A DNA stretch of 64,000 nucleotides, taken from contig OZ024740.1 of assembly GCA_964016885.1 (NCBI GenBank), positions 36,704,001 through 36,768,000 on the forward strand, in the 5' to 3' direction. The notes under the pieces are model-generated. The model did no database searches, was not told the origin of the DNA, and saw only the letters and a program-made list of their open reading frames with translations. The translations under genes and the position numbers were made by a program. Source of the stretch: Eledone cirrhosa. Taxonomy: Eukaryota. This document shows positions 39,284-53,100 of this stretch, piece by piece. Within the stretch, counting starts at the first letter, position 1; every line of letters begins with the position of its first letter.

Positions 39284-40706
39284 TAATATGTGGTGACAGT
39301 CAAGTTTGCAATTTTCAACTGTAATAAGATGGGTAAATGTTCTACCTTTTATACATTTTATACAGGGAAAAGTGGCTCCAGAATCCTAAGTCTTGCAAAC
39401 TGTATTTCGACCAATCAGTGTGTAGTTTCACTGAATTACTAAAGCTGATTGGTTTAAGCGTCACGGCTGGTTGAGCATGTCTAACGACCAATAATTAATC
39501 ATATCCAAAGCATCAATTGTTTTGCTATTTTTAGAAATGATGAAAATAGCATTTTCTATTAATCATCACCATCAACATCACTTTTATTATTATTATTGTT
39601 GTTGTTGTTAGTGGTCGTAGTCATAGTGATAGTAGAAGTAATACCCCTAAGCGTTATTATTGTTCATTTAGCTTGGGTTTGAATTTATCAATAAAATTCT
39701 TTTCTTTGATTTTTCTCTTGATTTCACTTGGGCTGTGTAATTTGTAGAATGGGAATATTATAAATATTCTGGGAATATTATAAATATTCCCTGACCACAT
39801 GTTGCTAGATGGTTACTTAGGGGTATCTGACGGACATTTGGGTCTCTGATTTGTTGACGGTGTACCCATGCACGTTCCTATAGTGCATTTCCAGTTTGAC
39901 CGACATATAGTTCTTCACAATTCGGGCATTTAATGCAGTAAATTAGATTTCTGCTTTTGCAGTTCATATTTGCATTTTGGAATATTTTTCCAGTTTTTGT
40001 TTTCATATATTGACCGGCGTGTATGGATTGACATGTGCTGCATCGACTATCATTGCATTTAGATACAGTGAATGATTGGTCTTTGTTGTTAAGGTCAAAC
40101 TTTGCTTTTGTTAGTAATTGCTTCAAATTTTTTGGCTGTCTTTCACTGAGGGTCAAAGATCGATCTGTGATTAAGCCTTTTAACTCATTACTTTGAGCAA
40201 TGATCGGTAGGTTTGCTTTAGCAGTGTTGAAGATATTCTGGTGACATGGGTTGTCTGTCATTATAAAGAAAAGAATTTTATTGATAAATTCAAACCCAAG
40301 CTAAATGAACAATAATAACGCTTAGGGGTATTACTTCTACTATCACTATGACTACGACCACTAACAACAACAACAACAACAACAACAACAATAATAATAA
40401 TAATAAAAGTGATGTTGATGGTGATGATTAATAGAAAATGCTATTTTCATCATTTCTAAAAATAGCAAAACAATTGATGCTTTGGATATGATTAATTATT
40501 GGTCGTTAGACATGCTCAACCAACCGTGACGCTTAAACCAATCAGCTTTAGTAATTCAGTGAAACTACACACTGATTGGTCGAAATACAGTTTGCAAGAC
40601 TTAGGATTCTGGAGCCACTTTTCCCTGTATAAAATGTATAAAAGGTAGAACATTTACCCATCTTATTACAGTTGAAAATTGCAAACTTGACTGTCACCAC
40701 ATATTA

Positions 40707-40745
40707 TGAACCTGAAGATTGCGAAAGCATGAAAGTACTTGTTCA
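40707..40745 (+). ncRNA. Minimal hammerhead ribozyme in inverted pLTR
   Basis: TGAAC-CTGAAGA-tTGC GAAA GCAt-GAA-AGTACT-T-GTTCA. Confidence 0.85.
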
Positions 40746-40860
40746 ATTAACACTTAGAATTTAATATTCTATCATACTATTTCATTATAATACCATTATA
40801 AATTTTAAAGGATTGTAAATAAAACGAGTAAATCAGACAAAGTTGGAATTCCTCTTATTA

Positions 40861-40950
<90 letters not shown>

Positions 40951-41714
40951 TGGAGAGTTACGCATGTCTGAATATTAGACTATTTTCTGTATTCAATATA
41001 CAGTAAAAGCTTCTAAATCTATTTTCAAAAATGTTCAGTCGCCACCATATTCTAATTCACATGTGCTTATAAAATGTTCATAGTCTTTGTGTTAAATGAG
41101 GACACTTATTCATCGACCTCGTGAAAACTGATTATGCGATTGGAGAATAATATAGGCAATTATCTAACTAAATCAGAATAAAGATTTATAAACTTAGTCA
41201 AGCATAAAATCTGAAAAGCAATGTTAATAAACAAACAAAATATTTGACTGACAAATAGAAACTACATTCATGTGTGCAGGTGCATGTGCGTGTGTGTATA
41301 TGTGTATATGAGTGCGTGTAGGTGTGTGTTGTGTAGATACAAATATTTATATTATATATATATATGTGTGTACGTTTGTGCGTGTGAATAGGTATACGAA
41401 GGTAGGCGAAGAGAATTGATACTGTCTCGGTGGTTGTTTCCTCACTCAATGATATAATTAGGTTTATATTATTAAAAATACAAAACCATTACTCTAATTG
41501 CACACATTCGTTAATTAGTAAGAAAAACGATTTCTTGCGGGTATGATATTAACATATCAAAATCCCAGACCATGACTTGGTTTCTGCAATTCCGATCTGT
41601 TAACAATAATCCGACATTAGATAATATCACGAGACATTGCGTAATTTGGCTCGAGATTGCTTTCTCATGAGTGAGTCATCACTAAGTGTAGTATGTATGT
41701 TTTTTTTGTTTTTG

Positions 41715-42602
41715 TCGGAGCGAGAGACTCCTAGTCTTCATTAAGACATCTCTCAAGGAGAAGGTCACTCTGATATAAAACCTGCGACTTCACTTGCATC
41801 CAATGATGTAGGCCAGTTTTTCTTTTTGGGCATATGCATTCGATATTCAGATAGTGGGTTTGGCCCAGAGCAAAGCCTTTCTTCATTTAAAAAAGCTCCA
41901 AGCACAGGCATCGCTTGATATGTGACATATTTTGCGATACATGGTATTGTTGGCCATAAGTAAGTCCCTGGCAGGGTTAAAAGCCACATCTGTGATGCTC
42001 ATGCTTAAGTATCAAGCGATGGCATTACTCGAAATCGAGTTGCAGCCAACATGTATGTATGTATGTATGTCGGGTCACTCTTGAGTGCTACTGGTAACAT
42101 GTAACCCAGTACAACCTGTCGCATGGTCGGCTCGTCGGCGACTAAACCGACAACCCCACCAAGTTTACTTGGTGAGGAGGGTGATTTTGGACACCCTGCA
42201 GGACAAAAAACAAAACCTGACAAAGGGCAAAAGAACTCATAAGAGTCAACGGCTATCCAAAAGTGTGTAAATATGTATATACACATGTACCGCGCGGTTA
42301 AACCACTGGGAGTGAAGAACCCCTAGCCTTTGTCAGAGTATTCTTCTAGGAGAAGGCAACTCAGGAAACTGGGATACCTCCGATATAAAACCTGCGGCTC
42401 AGTAGTTACCGATGATGTTGATATTTTCTTCTTTTCGGGTTATAGCTACTGTCGCTCAGAGAGTGGGATTGGCTCAGTGCACAGTCTTTCCTCACTTTAA
42501 AAAATATCTTCACGCACAGGCATTGCACGATAGAATTAATTAATAATTATTAATAATGGTATATCGTGCAATGGCCATACTCGATAACGAGGGGCAGCCA
42601 CC
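41715..42602 (+). mobile_element. Two tandem copies of the (ATGT)n-associated non-autonomous LINE derivative
   Basis: Both end GCAGCCA(A/C)CATGTATGTATG (about 42050 and 42602). Homologous to 35119-35733. Confidence 0.6.
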
Positions 42603-42865
42603 ATGTATGTATGTACGTATGTACTTATGTTCTGGTTTTATAATTTCATAAATGCTTACCAATAGAGAGAGAGTCGGTTTCTAACATAGACACAAGACTC
42701 TCTCATTGGAATTTACACAATATCAACTAGGTAGATATGTATACATGTCTGTACGCATGCACGTGTATGCAGGTATGGGTGTTATTGTATGTGGGATGTG
42801 TATGTTTTGAGTTGTATGTGTGCATGTGTATATGTTTTGTATCTGTACATGCGTATATGCAGTTA

Positions 42866-45060
42866 TTATATGCAGAATTTTTGGAATATTTTACATATTG
42901 TTACTGTTCCATTAATGGATTGTACTTGTAATTTCCTAGCTAGTCGTATTCTTTCTGTTTCTATGGAGCCCAGCTTCTCAAGATTTATACTGCGGCAGTT
43001 ACTAGCATATTGCAGTGCCCCAATAACCACAGGCATAAATCTGAAGGTGTAATCAGGGTGGAGTATCTGCAGATTTCTCATTAGTTCTGCATAGACATTC
43101 TCCTTTTTGCTAATCTTTAATATTATATTGGCATCAACTGGCCAACTTCCACTACTGTGCATGCCTTCTTTTCCCTGTCCCATATCCTTGTATCTGGTCT
43201 GTTATGCCTGCATTTTATTGGGGTTTTGACTGGAATATTCCACCAGTACTCTTTCATATTATATGTGTGTATGTCTTCCACATTGCTGTAGTTTTTAATG
43301 TGTTTATTGTCGGGGCTATCTTTTCTACGGATTGCATTGTACAGTGTTTTGGCCACTACATCATGCCTCATAGGTAGATAGTAGCGTGATGACATCTTTG
43401 GACAGCTGCTTATAACATGGGTGTCATCTTCGACATTAATTCTGCAGAGTCTACACTTGTCGTCACATCTAGGTGTTTTGCCTGCATCCCTATCTCTTTT
43501 GTGAATCAGGTATTTTGCGTTGATTTCCATTTCTTGGATTGCAAAAGCATAACCTTCAAAGTGGGAGCAGTATAGCGGTTGTTGGTCCAAGATAGACTAC
43601 TTTGCTTCTCTATATTACTCTCACTCTGGAGCTTCCTGGCAACATATCCATGCATGAGTTTTTGCTGATAAGCATGCAGTTTTCCATCCATGGATTCACT
43701 ACGATACTGCTGGGCAATTTCCCTGGGTGTGAGCTTTTGATTATCGTGCAAGGAGTATCTTTCAAGGAGTCTTTTCCAACTCTCGTGATCTTATCTGTCT
43801 CATGCAGACAGACTTGCCCAATAGATGGGCTCCTACTCTTCGAGGTTCGTCGGAGGGATATGATGCAACACTCAAATGCTGTATGGACTGATTAGGCCTC
43901 TGCCTTCCTGCTTACATTTCAAGTAGATGCGGTCTATGTCACTGTTGATGTGAAAGTTTCCGGTGTTGTTTAGAATTTTTCGTGTTTTAACATCAATTGC
44001 TCGGATTTCGACTATCGTCCAATCGAGTATTCCAAACGTTGGTGTTAGGACAGGCACAGCAAACACATTGTGAGCCATATTTTTCGTAATATTCCCTGGT
44101 TACGCGTTCCTTATTACAAATACCATTATAGGATATATTCTCACCTATCTCCAGGTATCTGTAGCAGTCCTCATCAGATATCGGTGAAACAGTTAGGCCA
44201 TTGATGACAATGTTGCTAGATTGGGTTATAGCTTTTCCCTGCTTTACAGTCATATTTACATTTATCTTGGCCAAACTCCATTCTTATATCTTTTGAGAAT
44301 GTTGTAATCAGGTCAAGTTTTTTCTTCATCCCATTTATGTTCTTGACATAGTTTCAGGTCATCCCCAAATAAATTATGAGTTAAGTTCGCATTTTTGTCC
44401 TGTGAGCCAATGATGTAACCTTTACATTTCTCGAACAGAAAGGACAAGGGGTTTAATGACAGGATAAATTGTAGCACAGAGAAACTGTCTCCTTGAAATA
44501 TATCCCTGTGTTTTTCTACTTTATCAGTCATAAAAAGTCCTCTTTCTCTGTTTTTAAATTTAGGATAGTAGCCCAAGAAGAAGACAGCTTCTCTATGGCT
44601 CTGATAATAATGTCTGGGACTTTAGCAAGTCGGAGGGCTTCTATGATCCAAGAGTGGGGAACAGAATCGAAAGCTTTCCTGTAGTCCAGCCAGATTGTAG
44701 CCATATTCCTCCTAAGTTGTCTCACCTCTGACATCGCAGTTTTGTTGATTAAGAGTTGTTTAACACACCCCAAACCCCTTTCTTTTCAGCTGCTTGTTCA
44801 TCTGTGATGATGTTATTATGTTCACAGTGCTGTTGGAGAAATAGGTTCAGGTAGGCTGTATACATCGTATACATCAGGTTCTGGCATGCAATGGGTCGGT
44901 AGTTTTATGCCAAGTCGGCGTCTTTGTTCTTAGGGACCAGCATTGTTTGTGCTAATGTCAACCATTCTGGTATATATGTATCTCCGTTGAGAGCTTGTTG
45001 GTAGAGGTCGATAAGATACATCCGATAAAATATTAGTCCTTGGTACCAGTAGCCGAAAAT
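42866..45060 (-). pseudogene. R4/Dong-like non-LTR retrotransposon (RT, CCHC, restriction-like endonuclease), 5'-truncated
   Basis: NYRPIAC, WLDYRKAFDSVPH, IFQGDSFS, LFGDDLKL, KCRLC..EDDTHVISSC, RHDVVAK and HNRPD motifs. Many frameshifts. Confidence 0.88.
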
Positions 45061-45465
45061 ACCATTTTTATACTGAACTTCTCATTCTTGAATGCTACCG
45101 TATGCGGATAGTCGCTTCCATAAACAATTATAAGATTTCTGAAGAAGTGTGAAAAATAATTAAGTATTGCATATGATTGGACAATATATATTGTAGTCAG
45201 CATATGTAGACAATTATAATAGACACAGAAACATATGTTAGAACAAATAAATTCCTAATTTCAATTCTCGCCGGAGTTTATATTTTTCTTGGCGAAATAC
45301 TTGCTTAAATGATATACTCCGTGATCTCTTCTGGACCTATATACCTTATTCCCCTGAGTGGGTAGTTATGTTATACGAATCAAAGGACACTGTAGAGTCA
45401 AATTCTCTGGTAGGCAGTTATCTGGTTTAAGTATTCTCATTCTTGATAAACCTTATCTGACCTCA

Positions 45466-45555
<90 letters not shown>

Positions 45556-45711
45556 GTATATATATATATATATATATACGTATATATATATATATATGGA
45601 ATTTGGATTGGTGCTCTGAAATAGCGTATGGTCTTCTAAATCTTTTTAATTAAACATACGGTATATTGCCAAATATACTATACATACATTCATATATATA
45701 TATATATATAT

Positions 45712-45927
45712 AAAGGTAGAACACTGGGAGGTAATATCCGTAGAAGTAGAGCACGCAGTCCATGGGACGAGTTTGGTAGAAGTAGTAACACAATAGTTAG
45801 TTCACCATACCGAGAACAATTGCTTCACCTTATGCGGATCTTCAGTTCGGATCAGTCCGAGCTGAAGATCCGCATAAGATGAAACTATTGTTCTCGGTAT
45901 GGTGAACTAACTTTTGTGTTACTACTT
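45712..45927 (-). mobile_element. TA-inserted fold-back element, family B, with complete hammerhead in both arms
   Basis: Hairpin 45780-45927. Plus arm 45857-45897 reads CCGAG-CTGAAGA-tCCgcataaG(A)t-GAA-AC(T)ATTGT-T-CTCGG. Confidence 0.82.
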
Positions 45928-45950
45928 ATATATATATATATATATATATA

Positions 45951-47107
45951 TTCAGGAGCTGGAGTACGTTGTTAGAGGCTATTTGAGACGCGCGCCGTAT
46001 GGGGCATTCTGTATGAAGCGGGAGCTTATCCCCACTACCACTCCGACTTTGCAACCCAATTGGTCTCAAATAGCTTCTGACAACCTAGTCCACCTCCTGA
46101 CCTTCTCGTGTGCCTTAGTCTCTAAGCCCGGCGGTCCTGTTTCAAACCAACAGAAGGGACCAAAGACTGGTTACTGGCGCCTTACAATACCAGTTGCTTC
46201 GGGCAGATGAGACTCATCAACCTTGGATTGTAGCTCAACTAGGGGAAGGAGAATCCTGATTTTAAAACCACCGCTGCCTTGTTGTATACCCAGTCTTGGG
46301 AAAGGCTAAGGGAGGAAACCCTGACAGAAAATCAGGAGCCGGAGTCTCGAAGGCGGCCTGACATCCTAACGTCATTCCGGCAACTCCTGCGACGCCGCTG
46401 ATGCCAAGCTGTATCGACATCCGTCGTTCCCTTGGGGCCATCAGCCACGTGAAGAGGGAGTGGGGGTCAGCTGCCTGAACAACAGCTTGCTCTCTTGAAC
46501 GTACCTGTCCAGGCCACGTAGCTCCACTGGACCAGCTACGCGAAGCAGGAGAAGCAACTCGACAGCTTCCACCTGAGATGTCTGCGACGCATTCTGCACA
46601 TACGCTGGCAGGACAGGTTCCCAACACAGAGGTCCTGAAGCGGGTCCGGATGAACAGCATGTTCGTCATCCTCAGAGAAAGACGCCTGCACTGACTCGGC
46701 CATGTCAGACGAATGGCCGCATCCCCAAGGACATCCTGTACGGCGAACTGGCAGAGGGTGCGCGACCGGCCGAATGCCCGTGACTAGAAGGTCCTAAGGC
46801 TGTGTGACATCAACGTTGCCTCGTGGGTGACCCTCGCTGAGGACCGCCTATCCTGACCGTCCACTGTGAGGAGAGGTGTGCGGGCAGCCGAAGATGCGAG
46901 AAATGCGGCTCTTGCTGACAGGAGGTCCAGGAGGATCGACAAGGAATCCAAGCCTCAGCAACCAACAGCATATATTTGTACTAAGTGCACCAGGGACTGC
47001 CACTCACGGGTTGGGTTGTTCAGCCACTCACGCATGTGCAACCGCTGAGACCCACGTGGAGCTACTCCGTCGTCTTGCGAAGACGCACGCATGCCGACGA
47101 CGACGAT
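45951..47107 (+). mobile_element. Internally deleted RTE LINE (5' UTR joined to ORF 3' end)
   Basis: QLDSFHLRCLRRILHIRWQDR..IPKDILYGEL and CTKCTRDCHSRVGLFSHSRMC; (GAC)n tail. Confidence 0.82.
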
Positions 47108-47149
47108 ATATATATTCACCACACTGTATCGTTTTCTGTTTACTTTTCG

Positions 47150-47248
<99 letters not shown>

Positions 47249-47286
47249 GGGGGGAGAAGGAGAGAGAGAGAGAGAGAGAGAGAGAG

Positions 47287-48020
47287 TAAGAGTCCACACT
47301 CTGAAGCAAAGAATGGAGAAGACGTTTCCCCGGAGGATGGTAAGGGAGATGCGTTGGAAGAGCCATTCCAGCTCGCGAGGCTCACACCTGCGGCTCACAT
47401 CAGCGCTTATGGTGGTGAGTAGGGAGGTAGCCCTAGGGCCGAGGACACCAGAAGTCTCCACTGCCAAGGGTACAACCGCAAACCTGTCGGAGAGCGACCG
47501 GTATTTGAAGAGTTTGGCCTCCTCAGCCTGATGTGCAGCAGAACCTGGGTTAGTCGCAGACTGCCCCAGGTTGCAGCTGGAGAAAGTGTCACTGCAAGTG
47601 GCATCCCAGACGAGGAGTTTACCACCGCGGAACGGGAAGATGGTCATGCCATCTGGCCTTTTGCCGTACCCTCAGTCCAGCCCAACCGACTCGAGCTGGG
47701 AAGGGAGCCTGCAATGTCCAAGCCATGCTTTATCACCTCGTTGAGTGCAGCATGGCGTGGAATGCGGCCGGCACTGTGGTGACAGGAAAGCGGGTGGAGG
47801 TCTAAAGAGTCCACGGTGGATCCGCAGCGACATTGGTGTGCCTCGCAGATCCTGAGGCCGAGCCTCAAAGAAACGCCGATGCGCAGGCTATTGTTATCCA
47901 GCTGCGTGCCAGTAGAGAAGGAGGGCAAGGCATGGAGCCAGGCACCACTGTAGGGTTTGGAGGCCGCACGGAAACAGGCAAGGCGGTGCTAGTCGAGCTG
48001 GCGCGTGGGCCTGTCTGAAG
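47287..48020 (-). pseudogene. CRE-clade LINE 3' end (CCHC plus RLE endonuclease)
   Basis: CRCG...[14 protein letters not shown], (KRPDG)[21 protein letters not shown] and QRISLTILRGN motifs. Abuts (GA)n. A short second copy lies at about 62150-62320. Confidence 0.82.
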
Positions 48021-48153
48021 TTGTTGTTGCTGCTGCTCAGGACCGACCGTTACCCTGGTTACATGCTACCTCTCTTTTTAAGTGATTTGACTGCTATATC
48101 CAGCAGATTGAGCGACCGTGTATAGACACACTCTTCAGCTACTTCTATTTTAA

Positions 48154-48371
48154 CCCTTTAGCATTTACATTACTCTATATTTACTATTATATGTTCATGG
48201 TAAAGACTTTATCTTACATAATTATGTCACATAATATCGAATCTATGAGATTCTGATATTTATTTTGAGAACAATACCTTAACATTAGTTTGAGTGACCG
48301 GTTACAGCCAGTTTGAACAGAAAAAGGTGAGAGATTTCTGGCCGGATACTGCTGGTTTAAATGCTAAAGGG
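48154..48371. mobile_element. piggyBac-type MITE
   Basis: 14-bp TIRs CCCTTTAGCATTTA / TAAATGCTAAAGGG flanked by TTAA on both sides. Confidence 0.82.
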
Positions 48372-50174
48372 TTAATGTTATGTGAATTCACGTGATTTGC
48401 CGGTTGAGGTGTTCATCCCCTAGTCGAAGGTGCGATTCCCGTTGGTGCGTTGTCCTCTCAACTGATGAAACTAACCTGACCTGTGATTCAAAGAGTCAGC
48501 TTTGTCATTCACTGTGTCACACTGAATCTCCCTGAGAACTACGTTAAGGGTACATATGCCTGTAGAAGGGTAGACCACATACACTGTAATACACGATGTA
48601 CCTGCGATTCAAAGGGAAAGCCTTGTGGTATTCACTATGTCACACTGAATCTCCCTAAGAACTGCGTCCAGAGCACACGTGTCTGTGAAATGCTCGGATA
48701 CTTGCACGTTAATTTCGCTATCATGCTCGTCGTTGGAACTGACAGAGATTCAGCACATACACACGCACACACATACACACGCGCACACACGCACACAGAC
48801 AGACACACACGGACAAACACACATGCACACACACAAACACACGCACACACACAACACACACACACTCATCATAGATGTTATCCGCAGTAGTTGATAACTC
48901 AGTTGTCACTCAAACATTAAAAGTAAAGCAAAAGACTTTATTTATTTTATGTATGTTTCAGCAAAGGTGTAATCAAGCCAAGGAAATGAGATGTTACTCG
49001 TATTTATATATTGATTAAGTGTGCAATTATCGGGGTTATCTGAAGTTCATGGCATTTATCAAGAGCTTCATGATTTATGGAAGCCATTTTATTAAAAGCA
49101 ATAGCAAACAGACGAAATATATGAATTATAGAGTAACTATTATACATACTTGAGCTGGGAAATACAATGAAATGTCTTGAACTTATCTTCAATTGTACTA
49201 CAGGGAACAACTTTTATTTCATATATTTTCATAAATAAGTATAATTCATATGGGGTGCACATTTTAAGCCAAATAATTTGGATAATAGTGTATATTCCTA
49301 GTCAGGTACGTATGTGTTTGAAAAAAAGGAAACTTTTTTTTTTATTTTGCAATTGTTAGCACTATCTTTTAACCTTAAATTGTGTTTACGAAAATAGTTT
49401 GAAGTCATTTTAGACTCTGTTACAGAAAGACTGTTATAAAAACAGAAATGAGCACAAAAACGCGTAATTTTAAACCGTAATTCCTGGCGGGGTCGTGGGG
49501 GCGCCGTAGTGACATACGGCGTTTCTTAGGCATTTCTAAAACTTGGCGGAACCCATCTCCTCTCCAGTGCTGAACACAGAGATTTCTTCCAGAGAGAGAA
49601 GGGGGGTGGCTAGAGAGAGAATGGAGATAGAGAGAGAGAGGGGGAGATAGATAGATAGAGAGAGAGAGAGAAGAGAGAGAGAGAGGAAGAAGAGAGAAGA
49701 GAGAGAGTGAGGGAGTGTGTAAAAGGAGAAGTAAGTAAGAAATATAGAGCAAGAAGCGACCTCGGTACTGGACTGGTACTTTTTTATCGACCGCGAAAGG
49801 ATTTGAACTCGACCGGAATGAATACTGCAAACTATTCTATTCGATGCTCTAACAAGTCAGCCAAATCGCTGCCATAGATAAGATATTGGAATATCTTATA
49901 ATTGATCTAATCGACAGAAAACGTTTGTATTGCGTTTCTGGGAACAACACTTGATTCCGTTGCCGTGATTTAACACACACCAGTGTGTAGAATGAATATA
50001 TATTACCTCGGCTACACCCAGCCAGGCTCAAGTTTAAATAAATATAATTCCATGAATTCACAAAATTCCGAAGAAAATGCTTTAAAAAGACTCCCATAAT
50101 TGCTCTAAGAATGCTGAGTCACACTGAATCGTTGCAGCCAAGCAACCCAGAGAGATAGATAGATAGATAGATAT

Positions 50175-53100
50175 GTTTCTTTATTAGCCATAGGGGCACA
50201 AAAGAAGGGGACAAATACAAAGGGGGAAGTTTACATACAATAAAAACGTGTAAAATGTTATCACAAATGCAATTTAAAAAGTTAGTCGATTTTCCACAAT
50301 AGAGGGAGACAGTTTATATGGGTAACACATACCCCCGAAAAAATGTGCAACCCTCATCTCCAGGAGTACGAGGGTTTGTACTCCTTTCCTCCTCCTTTTC
50401 CTCAACCTACAGGCTGATATAGAGAGAAGGCCCATTCACTCGGGCCATTCTCGCCACTTTCACCCTCATTTCATAAAACTTGCTGGGGTACAGGAACACT
50501 CTCTCCATCCTGATTCTTCTTCCAAAGTGGTATTTGAAAAAAAGAATCAGTTGTTGGCCGGAGAGAAAGGTGTCTGACCTCAGCCCTTTCAACCTTGTCC
50601 ACCATACAACCTCTTTCGCCATAGCTATCACACAAAGGAAAACCGCCTCTCCTTCGTTTTTGAAGGAAGGTGGCGGTTTGATCATGACAATGGACTCGGT
50701 GGTCAACCGGATTGGTCCTACCCGCGACAATAGTCGTTCTACATAGCCCCACAGGTCAGTGACGCCCGGGCAGTGTATGAATGCGTGCGCGACGGTTTCT
50801 TCGTCTCGCACGCACCTCGGACAGATCTTTTTTGCAGGGTCCCTGCCTGAGCGCCCATGTCTGTAGAGCTTGTCTCGAACTGGTAGAGCTCCTCGGTAGC
50901 ACTGCCAGGCCAGGGACTTTTGGAAGTTGTCCATCGGTCCCGGGCGGAAGGTCCTACCGAACAGACTGGCCAGTTCATCTTCCTCTACGCCTAGAGTTTC
51001 ACCGAGCGCGTCGTCGCACTTGCTGCGGATCAACCCTCTATAGAATGACGAAGTGGAGTCTCCACTGATCGCCGGGTCCGCCTGCCAGAGGGCTGTGAGC
51101 GCCTGAGCACATTCGATGTGCCAGTCGCCCATTTTCCTCGGTCTTTGCTTGACCCAGGACTGCAGCTCGGTCAGCGAGACGAGTCGTCGGAAGGCTCGCC
51201 TCACGAACGGGGCCCACACCGGTTGTCCGGTGAGGAATACGTAGAGATGCCGCAGCCTGAGCGCGTGTTTGCGCATCGTCAACCACGGCATCCCCAGCGG
51301 TAGTAGATGGCGGACGCTATAAAAGTGTTCGCAACCTCCGCTCGACCTTTCAAGGATAGTTTGCACTCGACCCACTTCTGGGTGAGTGCAAACAGCTTGG
51401 CCATCACTTCGTTCCAGTTCTTCTCCACCTGGAGGTCCAGACCAAACCAGACCCCGAGCAGCTTTACCGGTCCTTCCGTCCAGCGTCCGACGAGGCCATC
51501 GGAAGGCATCGGTTTGCCTCTCCACGATCCGAGTTGCAAACCGATGGACTTGTCCCGGTTCAGCTTCGCTCCTGTGAAAATTTCGTATTCCTTCAGTAAG
51601 GTGCCGACTTCCTCGATTTGCGAGGCGCTCGACACCATTACTGTCACGTCGTCGGCGTAGACCGACGCCGCTTTCCGCAGTCCAGGTTCCAGAGGGATAC
51701 CCTGCAATAGCTCCAACTTCCGCAGTAGTGGCTCGAGAGTCAGTACGTACAGAAGGGAGGAGAGAGGGCATCCCTGTCGAATGTATCGCGTGATATGGAA
51801 CGGCTCCGATAGGTAGCCGTTCACCTTAACCCTTGAGCAGATGTTGCTGTTGTGCATTGCGGCAATCCAGCCCCTGAATACGGGTCCGAAGCCTGCCGCC
51901 TCGAGCACCGCATCTAGGTAACGATGGTCAACCCTATCGAAAGCCTTAGACTGATCCAAGTTGATCAGGGCCCCACCGAAGCCGGGTTTACACCCTACCC
52001 TCTCTATGATGTATCGCATGAGGTCTAGGTTGTCGTGTATGGACCTGGTCGGGATTGCGCATGTCTGGGCTTCTCCCACCAGGTTCTCGACGACAAGCGC
52101 CAGCCTCTTTGCCAACACCTTGGCCAAAATCTGTAACTCTGTGTTTAGCAGAGTTATGGGCCGGAAGTTGCCTATGTAATCCCCCTTATTCTCGTCCTTC
52201 CTGATTAGTGTGACTACGCCCCCGGTTACAGAACTGGGAATTCTCCCGTTCTGTTGCCAGTTGCAGTAGACCGCTTCCAGGAGACCGGAGAATAAGTCCG
52301 GCATTGCTACGTAAAATTCGTAGGGTAGACCGTCGAGACCTGGAGATTTGCGTTTGCCGCATTGGCTCAGCGCGTCCCCTATCTCAGCGGCTGAAATCGG
52401 CTTTCGCAGAACTTTTCCTCGCTGTCCGAGAGTCGCGGTAGGCCGTCGAGGTATGGACCGAAATCCATAGCCCCTCCCAAAGCTTCCAGTAGCCGGGTCC
52501 TTGTCTATGGGTTCTATCAAGGTTGGCTATGCAGGTCACTAGATTGTGATCTGAATAGGCAACCATGAACATTTGTGGACAGCTTAACATGTCCCTATCC
52601 TTATTTCTAACTAGAACCCTATCTAGGTACGATCTAGATGTTCCGCTACGATTAGTCCACGTCCACAGTGGCGCAGTCGAAAAATTTAGTCGATATCTAT
52701 CGGCCAGGTCAAATCGGTCGATTAACTGTTTGAGGCTGTTACACCCCCCTTTATCGGGACATGCTCCTACATAGTCCCAACGTGCATCTAGGATTCCATT
52801 CCAGTCCCCCACTAAAAGCAAGGAGCGGGACGTTCCCAGAAAAGTCTCTAGACGTTTGAAGAAGTCTGGCCGCGGTGTCCCGGATGGGGAATATGCGGCC
52901 ACCAGCCTGAAGGCTCCACCTTCACTACCGTCAACGTCTAGGACCTCCAGTCGACCCTCCGGGTCCAGATGTACCGTCTGTGTTACGAGGCCCAGGTGTT
53001 TCCGCAGCAAAACGGCAACTCCGCCCCCACCCCCCGGTTGACAGAGAGATGCGTAGATCTCAAATTCATCGAAGATGGGGGCCAGCTGTCGCTCACTGTG

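Larger units (their letters stand above)
39125..40865 (-). mobile_element. 5'-truncated PLE (Neptune-like) with about 590-bp inverted 3' pLTR copy
   Basis: CNDSRCSTC linker and NLIYCIKCPNCEELYVGQT GIY-YIG (ORF 39878-40261). 39125-39707 is inverted almost perfectly at 40265-40865. Confidence 0.9.

Noticed and set aside
50407-51771. 454-aa ORF as a novel protein
   Set aside because: It is a chimera: an off-frame N-terminus fused by an internal deletion to the Tx1 ORF2 C-terminus.
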